A program made the position numbers and the translations under genes. Below the pieces are notes generated by a model, which was not told the origin of the DNA, searched no databases, and worked only from the letters and a program-made list of their open reading frames with translations. From the NCBI GenBank assembly GCA_951406725.2, contig OX597825.1, positions 83,948,001 through 84,012,000 on the forward strand: a DNA stretch of 64,000 nucleotides, given 5' to 3'. This DNA is from Octopus vulgaris (taxonomy: Eukaryota). Below, in pieces: positions 44,880 through 56,400 of this stretch (its first letter is position 1; every line of letters starts with the position of its first letter).

Positions 44880-45255
44880 AGCACTAAGAGCACCATTCAA
44901 GTATGATCATTGCCAGAGCAGCTGATTGGCTTTCGTGCCAGTGACAGATAAAAAGCACCATTCGAATGGGATCGTTACCAGTGTCACCTTATTAGCACTT
45001 GTGCCAGTGGGACGTGATAAAATATTCGAGCGTGGCCATTGCCAGTACCGCCTGACTGGCCCTCATACCAGTGGCATGTAAGAGCACGCACTACACTCTC
45101 GGAGTGGTTACTGGTAGGAAGTGAATCCAGCTGTAGAAACTCTGCCAGATCGAGACTGGAGCCTGGTGCAGCCATCTGGTTCACCAGCACTCAGTCAAAT
45201 CGTCCAACCCATGCTAGCATGGAAAGCGAATGTTAAACGATGATGATGATGATGT
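44880..45255 (+). mobile_element. RTE-tailed SINE family E ((GAT)n tail)
   Basis: ...ccaacccatgctagcatggaaagcg(a/g)a(t/c)gttaaacgatgatgat; also at 61430-61828 and 53500-53665. Confidence 0.75.
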
Positions 45256-45967
45256 TATATACATCATATTTGAATGTTTATATTAGGAATCCTAATACAA
45301 ATTGCATTATCATAATTTCTATTCACTTTCTCTTTAGAATTAGTAAAAATTTGAATTCATTTCAATAACAAACCATTTTCCTAATATTCCTCCACTTAAC
45401 TCTTATACATATACACACACTTACATATATAAATGTGCATATATATATATATTTATATATATGTATATATATATTATATACATACATATAATTTTTTTTA
45501 AAATTTATATATCATTTTAAAGGACAATTTAACAACATTTTTTTCCTTTTCGTTTTCTGTCTTTTTCTTTTTTTTTAGTGAAAGTGGGTGGGAACGGGAG
45601 AGAAGGGGGGGGGGGGGCAATTTTTTATGCATAAAAACAACAACAATGAAGGTAAAAAAAAACAAACCAAAACAAACTGCATTTACTTTCTGTCAGTGCA
45701 TTAAAAGAATTTCTTTAGAATTAATAACACACACACACACACGCAGAGCTGGTATGGCAGCAACGTATAAAGATATTTACAATAAGATATTCAGACTAAA
45801 GAGACGGACGAAGTGGGGGGGGTGAAGGAATGGGGGGGGAGAGATTTGGGGGTTTTTTAGTGTTGTTTTTTTTATTTAAGGGTGGGGGAAACAAAATATT
45901 GAATGTCCTCAGTTCTCTCTATTGACACACATACACACACACAAATATGTATGTATATATCTATCTA

Positions 45968-46027
<60 letters not shown>

Positions 46028-46193
46028 CACACACACATACACACACACAAATATATAAATATATACATACACACATGTGAATACATATTTTACATACAAA
46101 TATATATATTTAATAACATATATGAAGATAGAAAAAGTTTTGTATGCAGACGTTCATATACTTACATACACACATATACTTATATACATCTGC

Positions 46194-46228
<35 letters not shown>

Positions 46229-46335
46229 TACATATACACACATACATATATACACACACATACATATGTATACATACACACATACATATATATACACATA
46301 CATATATACATACACACATACATATATACATACAC

Positions 46336-46380
<45 letters not shown>

Positions 46381-46959
46381 TATATACACATATATATATA
46401 CACACATATATATATACACACACATATATATATATATATACACACATATATATATATACACACATATATATACACACATACATATATATATATGTACATG
46501 CATACATATATATACATACATATATGTATACATACATACACACTTATATATATATATATGTATATATATATATCATCATCATCATCATCATCATCGTTTA
46601 GCGTCCGTTTTCCATGCTAAACGATGATGATGATGATGATGATGATATATATATATATACATACATATATATATATATATAAGTGTGTATGTATGTATAT
46701 ATATGTATGCATGTACATATATATATATGTATGTGTGTATATATAAGTGTGTATGTATATATATATATATATATTCACACATATATATATAAGTGTGTAT
46801 GTATATATGTATTCACATGTGTGTGTATGTGTGCATGTGTGCAAGTAAATATCAGAGAATTATAAACAAATCAGAAAGACAGTTTCTATGAAATAAAAGA
46901 GTTTCCGTGTGTCTACCTCCTCTGCAGCTGGAAGCAAGCAGCTCGTAATGAAGACGTTG

Positions 46960-47076
46960 TCAGGCAGTGAAGACATACTTTTGTGTTGGTACACACTGCT
47001 TCTTCTTAATACACTTCCACAGCCACTCGGACGTTATACAGACAGCCGAAGGCGAAGCTGAGCTGACATCACTTTC
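46960..47076 (-). CDS. LIG3: LIG3 last coding exon [38 protein letters not shown]
   Basis: cctcag acceptor; BRCT helix-3 signature EWLWKC; TGA at 46960-46962. Confidence 0.9.
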   Translation of the reverse strand, partial: ESDVSSASPSAVCITSEWLWKCIKKKQCVPTQKYVFTA

Positions 47077-47370
47077 CTGAGGGATTTTGGTGTTGTTGTT
47101 GTTATTGTCGTGGTGGAGGTGGTAGTGGTGGTGGTGGTGGTGGTTTTTGTGTATGGAATTAAACAAAAAATAAAAAGTTTTAGTTTTTGGAAAACTTGAA
47201 GTTACAACAAGAAACAAGATATAGCAGTAGTAATAACAACAACAATAATAAAAATCATAAAAATAATAATAATAACAACAAAAATAATAACAAAAATAAT
47301 AACAATAATAATAATAAAAAATGATAATAATAATAAGAATAATAATGATAATAATAATAACAACAACAAA

Positions 47371-47409
<39 letters not shown>

Positions 47410-50400
47410 CTTCAAATATAATATAGTTTTCATAATATTACTCTATACCGAAATAATAAAAACATTTTAAAAGTTATATCTACAGCCACACACCCACACC
47501 AACACACACACACACTGTGTGTGCATTAAAATATATATGCTAACACATACAATATATATAAACATTAACACATGTATACATACTAACATACATGTTTGCT
47601 AAAACTAAATGCACTGGTATATCTAAACACACACGCACACATAATCTGTATGTACATTAATACATCTATACATACTAAAACAAACATACTAAAACACACA
47701 CACACATACATACAATCTGTAAAACTATTAATGCATTTATACATATTAAGAGATACACATGCACACACACACGCACATATACACAATTTAACTGCACTGG
47801 TACATTATACAACTAAGACACACACATATAGGTATTTTAAACTATAAAATTATTAATATGCTAAGCATAAAATCACATACACATACACAGACAGTTTATA
47901 CATACATTAATGCTAATACACATACACACACACATATATATATACATATTCATACAAACACAATAAACAACAAAATGTAACAAATTTTTACAAAACTTTA
48001 GAAATATAGTTTTTTAAAAATCTATTTCCATAAACAACACCAAAATTTTGCAAATAAAAAATGTTAAGAACATTTTAGAGAGAAAGCTGGGAAAAGAAAA
48101 GTTTGAAAAATTATCATCATCATTTTAATGTCTATTTAAATACCATAAGAGATCAGTCTCACATAGATATCATAAACTGAAAGATCAGTCTTGTAGAGAT
48201 ATCATAAACAGTGAGATCAGTCTTATATGGATTATAAACAGGGTGATCTGTCTTACATAGATTATTGAGAGATCGGTCTCACATAGATCATAAACAAAGA
48301 GATCAGTCTCACATAGGTCATAAACAGTGTGATCTGTCTTACATAGATCATAAACAGAGAGATCAGTCTTACATAGGTCATAAACAGAGAGATCAGTCTT
48401 ACATGGGTCATAAACAGAGAGATCAGTCTCACATAGGTCATAAACAGGGTGATCAGTCTTATATAGGTCTTAAACAGTGTGATCAGTCTCACATAGGTCA
48501 TAAACAGTGTGATCAGTCTCACATAGGTCATAAACAGAGAGATCAGTCTCACATAGGTCATAAACAGAGAGATCAGTCTTACATGGGTCATAAACAGAGA
48601 GATCAGTCTTACATAGGTCATAAACAGAGAGATCAGTCTTACATAGGTCATAAACAGAGAGATCAGTCTCACATAGGTCATAAACAGAGAGATCAGTCTT
48701 ACATAGGTCATAAACAGAGAGATCAGTCTTACATAGGTCATAAACAGAGATCAATCTTACATAGGTCATAAACAGTGTGATCAGTCTTACATAGGTCATA
48801 AACAGAGAGATCAGACTTCTTATTTCGTTATTGCCCACAAGGGGCTAAACACAGAGGGGAGAAACAAGGACAGACAAAGGGATTAAGTCGATTACATCGA
48901 CCCCAGTGCGTAACTGGTACTTTATTTATCAACCACGAAAGAATGAAAGGCAAAGTCGACCTCGGCGGAATTTGAACTCAGAACATAAAGGCAGATGAAA
49001 TATGGTTACGCATTTTGCCCGACGTGCTAACGTTTCTGCCAGCTCGCCTTTTTTTTTATTATTTTTATAAACAGAAATCTCAGACTTCTTATTTCTTTTA
49101 TTGCCCACAAGGGGCTAAACATAGACGAGACAAACAAGGACAGACAAAGGGATTAAGTCGATTACATCGACCCCAGTGCGTAACTGGTACTTAATTTATC
49201 GACCCCGAAAGGATGAAAGGCAAAGTCGACCTCGGTGGAATTTGAACTCAGAACGTAACTGCTAAGCATTTCACCCGGCGTGCTAACATTTCTGCCAGCT
49301 TGCCTTTTTTCTTTTTTTATGACCAGGAAGAAGACTTCTTTTATTCGTTAGATTGGTCACAAGGGCCTTACAAAGAAAAGAAGCTGCGGGCTGGACGAAG
49401 ACATAATGAAATGAAATGATAAACGATATGATAATAACAAGGGCAACAAGCAACACCTGCCGATCGCTGTTTACCCGAGCAGATTGTCCTTTGAAGACTT
49501 CTTACCACACAGCCATGCCTGCAACTATACATATCTGTAAAAAAAAATTATTCAAATCAAAATATAACTGGATGGTCATGGAACTTCTTTGACCAGGGGT
49601 TGGCTGGATTAGAGCTGATCTGAGGGTAGAAACAAATAAGAAATACATTGATCCATGCAAATATCAATAACAATAATTGAATAAAATATCTTGATTGAAC
49701 CTACATTGAGGTCTTTGACAATGACAAGGTGGGTGGCGTTGGAGATGTCATGGTCCGGCAATATTTCTCCATCGAAAGTGCAATTAATTAAGGAAAACAA
49801 TTAGAGAAACACAGACAACTAGAACTGAATACGAGTAACAATGGCACAAAAAATTTATTTATAATAATACGCAGAAATATGGTTGTGTGGTTTGCAATGT
49901 TCACTTTGAAGCAAAGGGGTTTTAGGTTCAATTCTACAGTGTCATACACACACACACATTGAAACATATATCAATAAAATCTATAAAACATTTTGAAAAC
50001 CAATGTTTTTTTCTGGACCAGAATGAAATTCAAAGAGGTTTGTAATTGCATAAATGGTACTTAGTATTAATAGAAGGTATTATTTTGGAACATTGCTTAA
50101 ACAGCAACACAATTTCATAACTTCAGTTGTACAGAGTTTATGATGTTTATGAAAATATTAACACAAAAACCTGAAATTAAATCAAAAGCATGAGACTGGA
50201 GCAGCCATTTTTGCAGGTGCCATTCACAAAGGTTTTTAGACAAAAGGATATAAGGATAAGCATTCTCTTGAAACCTAGATTTCATATTTCAAAAAATATT
50301 CAGACAGAGAATGGGATATAGCCCACATTTTTTATCACAGATCCTGTTGGATCAGAGCTGACCAGGGGCTAAACAACAGCAACAATAACAGAGTCAAGTT

Positions 50401-53400
50401 TATTAGATAGCTTCTGTGTAGCCACTGAACCTACTAGAAATAGCAGCTAAATCCTCTCTCCAAAAAGAGAAGAGCACATTAGACAATGTCCTGGCAAACA
50501 TATCATCATCATCATCGTTTAACGTCTGCTTTCCATGCTAGCATGGGTTGGACGATATATTTAAAAAAACAAGATGGCCCACAGTTGGGACACTTTTGAT
50601 CATAGGTCCTGCAGGATCAGGGCTGAACAAGGGTTGAACAATAACAACAACAAACATCCAACATTGTAACCATAAAAGGATATGCAATAATGAATCTCTT
50701 CAGTTTCTTGTAGGATTCCATGTTTTTAGGGAGGTAAATCTTCATGTTACGGAACACATTGGGCAGAGGATCCGACTGAAGGGGAATGAAAAAAATAAGG
50801 TCACTCATTAATCATGTAATCATTGTGCTATTAGTATCTATGTAATCACTAACTAGTTTCAAATTTTGGCACAAAGCCAGCAATTTTGGGGGAGGGGGTG
50901 AGTCTGTTACATTGACCCCTGTGTTCAAATGGTTCTTACTTTATTGACCCCTAAAGGATGAAAGGCAAAATCACCCTCAGCAGAACCCAGAATGTTAAGA
51001 CAGACGAAATGCTGCCAAGCATTTTGCCTGTTGTGCAAACAGTTCTGTCAGCTTGCCGTCTTGTAATGACTAATTAACCATCATCATCATCATCATCATC
51101 ATTTGACGTGTTTTCTATACTGGCATGGGTTGGATGGTGAGGTGATGGTAGCAACATACCAAGAACCCACCAGCCGTGGAGACCAGTGGTTTTCAACCTT
51201 TTTAATCATCATCATCATCATTTAAAGTTTGTTCTCTATGCTGGCATGGGTTGGATGGTTTGACAAGCTCTTTATGTGCCACTGGCACAGGTGCTACTTA
51301 AGTGGCACCGACACCTGAAAGGACAAGCCTGTATGTATGGAAGACAGCAATTTTGATTAGCTTGACGTGTCTTATCAAGCACAGCAAATCACCACATCTC
51401 CCGGTCCCTTGTCATTTCCTCAGTGAGACCCAACATCCAAAGATCCTTTCTTACCACTTCATCCCAAGTCTTCCTCGGTCTACCTTTCCAGATACACTAG
51501 GGTCAAATCCAAAACCTGGATTTTTTTTTAAAGGGGCCACACCAATAAAAGTAAAGCACAAATCAATTAAAGAAAAACTTATTATATTTATAGAGGGGAG
51601 ACGACTAGGGGCCACCCAATGGTTGCTTGAGGGCCACATGCAGCCCTGGGAGCCACGGTTGAGAATCCCCAATATAGACACTCAAGACACATATCCATTT
51701 TAATGAACACAAAATGGAAGAGAACAATAAGAACAACCTACCAATGGCAACCATCCAACCACTAATTAGCTATGCAATTACTAATTAACTATGTGATTAC
51801 TAATTAACTATATAATTACTAATTAAATATGCAATCACTAATTAACCATGTATTCAGTAATTAACTATGTAATCAATAATTGATCATGAAATCACTGATT
51901 GACCAAATAATTACTAATTAATCACAACAACTATAATTAGCAAAGCTATCATTAATTAACCAAATAGTCACTAACTGACAAAGTAATTATTGATGTGATA
52001 ACTATGTAATCACTAAGTAAGAAAGTAACCTTTACTTAACAAATTAATTATCAATTAACCATGCAATGTATAATTAACAATGTAATCATTAATTTAGTAT
52101 AATTATGAATTAACCATGTAATTCCTAATTAACCATGTAATTATTAATTAACATGGTTAATTAACCATGTTAACTAATGATTTTTGGCATAAACATAAGT
52201 CCGCAGAATATTAAAACTATTTTTCTTGGCAGAATTGTATGGGTAATCTAAAGCTACAAATTTTTAACTTCACTAGGATTTCAATTTGTTGATCTGGAGA
52301 TTAAACAGTAAAACAAGAAATATTTTATACCACAGAAGCACTGGCAGCACCACTTGAAGATGTAGAATGGTCAAAAGCTGCCAAATGTTGAGGATTCTTT
52401 TGGTAACAACCACTGCCATATTTACACATTGGTTTCTTCTCCTGCAAACAGAAAATTAATTCAATTATAACTGAAGAAAAAATCAAATACACATGCAAAA
52501 GTATTGTTATTTAACCCCAGGTCAAACTGTATTGTCCAGGGCTATGAACACAAGTATTCCTGTCAGGAGTAAGTAGGGTGTTTCTTTTGATGTGTCCTTC
52601 ATTGTTAAAGACGGATGACTTTGATTCGAAAGAGATTTAGCAGGTATTTTTAGCAGGACAAACAACCACAAAGGGGTCCTTTCATTGGCTCAAATACAGA
52701 AATATTGATTTTGCTTTCCAGCCTTGCTAGGGACCTACACTCTTTCACAATGAAAGATGCCTCACGCAGCTGGTGTTCAGAGAGCTTGCAACCCATGCTG
52801 ACACATACTTTCATTCCAGAATTGAGTGCTTTTGCTGTTCTAGGCCACAGCCAGCAATAGCATGCATAGAGATGTTAACAGAGATATTAAAAATCAAGCA
52901 CAGGCATTGCTTTTTATAGCTTTTTATAGTGAGAAAAGGTTTTGCACAGGGTCTAATGCTACATCCTAAACAATGAATGCATTTGCCCTAAAAAAAAGAA
53001 CTAATCTACATCATTGGATGCAACATCACAGGGGTTACATCAGAGTTCCCTTTCTCCTACATAGATGTCTAAACAACAACAACAGTAGCCTGATAGAATT
53101 TCTTCACCTTTGATGTTGAGGATTTCTTGTCCCCTCCGTCATTATCCGAACGAGATTTCTGAAGCATTTCATCAATTTTCCGTGCTTTGCTCTTCGAAGA
53201 TTGTCCTGGTGATTCCTGCTCCTCTTTCATCGGAATTTTCCGCTTGACCGGAGTCTTTTGCGGGGATGACTGGCTGTTCTTGTGCTCATCACTGCTTTGC
53301 TCTGCATCTCCTTTGAAGTCATTTTCTTTAGAAGAGTCGTCTGCAGGTGAGACCTTCGGAGTAACGAGATTTGGAAAGTCGGACACCTCTTTTGATGACT

Positions 53401-56400
53401 TGAAAAGTTCCTTTTGAAACAAGCAAAAATAACAGAAAAAGTAAGAATCATAATACATTTCAAGAGGGTTAAATATATATATGCAAAAAGCACTTATGCT
53501 CATGCCACATAAAAAATACCCAGAACATTCCGGAAAGTGGTTGGTGTAGGAAGTGCATCAAGCTATAGACACTTTACCAAAACAGACAATTGGAGCGTGG
53601 TGCAACACCCTGGCTTGCCAGCTCCTGTCAAACCATCCAACCCATGCCAGTATGGCAAATGGACATTAACCCTTTAGCATTTAAACCGGCCTTATCCGGC
53701 CAAAAATATTCTACCTGTTTTATGTTCAAACTAGCCAGATCTGATCTCTCACACCAACCCTACAATATTGTTTAAAAAATTAACAGCTACCTCATCAAAA
53801 TCTCATAGCTACAAGATAATGCATGATTAATTCAAAACAATGTAGATGAAGAAGCATTAATTTTGGCAAAATAATGGGAACACTAAAGGGTTAAATGATG
53901 ATGAAGATAATAATATATGATGAACTACTTTCAATTTCCATCTAATAAAGCCAGCACCACCTTGACTGGCTTCCGTGTCGGTGGCACGTAAAAACCACCA
54001 ACCGATCGGGGTCCGTTTCCAGCCTCCCCTGGCACGTAAAAAGCACCCACTACACTCACAGAGCAAGTGGGGAAAATGGAAAGGACCTTCTTTTCATTGA
54101 CAAACTCACCTTAAGCCTTGGTAGGTCAGTTGCTTCTTTCCAGCTTTTATCTGTTCGTATTTTGGTGAGACGAGGGAACCGAATGGAAATCCCATCAGCT
54201 GTGTGAATTTCAGCCTTGCTAAATTCTGCTCCGGTGATCTCCCAGACTGGCGCCTGATGTGGATCCTCAACAATAAAATCTGGTATGACACTCTTTTTTA
54301 TATTTAACCAAGATGGTACTTTCTGAACATCTTTGCTAATTTTTACCATCTTCAGCTCCTTCTGCAAACGGTCTAAGGTTTTGTCATCGAAACCATTACC
54401 AACTTTGCTAACGGTACACCATTTTTTGGTGAATGGATTGTATACTCCTGTTAAGAACACCGACATAAGTCCACCTAGCAGAGAAGAGAAGTACAATAAA
54501 ACATGAATTCCAGAATACATGAAAGAACGGTAAAACAGAACTGTTTAAAGATGACAATATGAATAGAGTGGAGGCGCAGTGGCCCAGTGGTTAGGGCAGC
54601 GGACTCACGGTTGTAGGATCACGGTTTCAATTCCTAGACCGGGCATTGTGAGTGTTTATTGAGCGAAAACACCTAAAGTTCCATGAGGCCAGCGGGGTGG
54701 CATCACTTGAAGGCTAAAACAATGCAAAGCGCATTGTGACCAGCGATGTGTAGCAACATCTGATAGCCTGGTCGGTCACGGTGATATGAATAGAGGCATG
54801 ACTGTGAGATTAAACAGTTCACAGTGCTGGTGATATAATGAAATACACCCAGTTGAGAGAGTAAAATGTTTGGTGACCAGAAACCTGCTATCCTTGGTCT
54901 GTCCAACAAGCCTTTCACCACCCTAATCCCTATGCCTAACCCATCATCCCTTGGACATTATCCCACTGTAATCACCAATGGGTTTTTGAGCTCAATATTC
55001 TACAAGCTATTATTTACAACTTTATCGAATTCAAGTTCCACCAATAAAAAAAAATGATTTATTTTTATGTTTTACTGGTTTATTGTGTTTTGTTTCATGA
55101 ACAGAATAACTTTCAGACGACATGCTGGGTGGAGAACAAGGGACCAATATAATTCACAAAAACCCTTGAAGGTGGTGCTCCAGCATGGCCACAGCCCAAA
55201 AGACTGAAACTTAGTAAACAAACAAATAAAGGAATTCAGGGGGGGAAAAAAAATCACAGACGTAAAAAAATTTAAACAAAATCTAAATTGAAAAACTTTT
55301 TGAAATACCTTTATTTCCGGTGCCGTAGTAAGCTCCAAGAACAACCAAATCAGCAGAGTCTGCCATACTTCCTTGTTCCAAATAATCTTTTTTCACTTTC
55401 AACCAATGTCTCTTGCCTGGTTCATAAATACTCTAATCACAGTGAGAAAGAATGATTTGTATTAGAGCAGATATCAGGTGTGAAATATGAAGATAGGAGT
55501 CACCACCCCCACCTATATGGCTCTGAACCCTGGACGTTATCAAAGAAGCTTGAGAGGCGGTTGGATGGAACTTACACTCGCCTCCTTATGAGAGCTCAGA
55601 ATCTCTCGTGGAAGCATCATCCAACCAAAGTACAAATATATGGGAAATTACCACCTGTGTCATCTCTTGTGAAAGGTAGAAGAGTCCAGTTTGCTGGACA
55701 TTGTTGTAGAGCTGCAAACGAGGTAATTTCTACTTTTCTCCTCTGGAAGCCATTTGCTCGCGATACCAGAGGGCGCACACACTCCTACCCTGATGTTATC
55801 TCCAGGGATACAGGCATCCAGCGACGGGACCTCCGTAATGCTATGATGGACCGTGAAGTCTGGAGTAACATAGTAAATTCCATTGTCTCGACCACAGTCG
55901 AACAATGATTATGATGATGATGTGTCTCACCACCCACCTGCAACCCCAAGGTTAATCCTTCTCCTACAAAAGTATCAACCCTTTGGAATTCTTGGACATA
56001 TTCCAGTGTCTGCAGAGAAAACCTAACTTAAAGAGAGACACTTCTAACTGAACACCACAGAGTCGTATCAGTCACTCATCTCCAGATGTTTGTGTGGACA
56101 CTTGGCTTAGTGGTTAAGGTGTCGCACTCATAATTGCGAGATCCTGAGTTCAATTCTCAGACCAGGCATTGCATCGTGTTCTTTAGCAGAAGCACTTCAT
56201 TTCACGTTGCTCTGCGATCATTTTGACATCTGACATGTGGCACCCGGTGCACCTGTACAGGTAATGTGAAACTATGCTTCACCTAACACCACCCGTCTAC
56301 AGAACCAGCCCCACACCAATCCAGATATTGATTCACAGGCATTTCCAATCAGTATTGATCTCACCAGCCTCATCCATTGGCATAGGCCACAAGGTTATGG

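Noticed and set aside
48262-48838. Repeat-protein ORFs ([10 protein letters not shown])n and a CRISPR-like periodic look
   Set aside because: Head-to-tail 30-bp minisatellite with no unique spacers, in a eukaryotic intron with no cas genes
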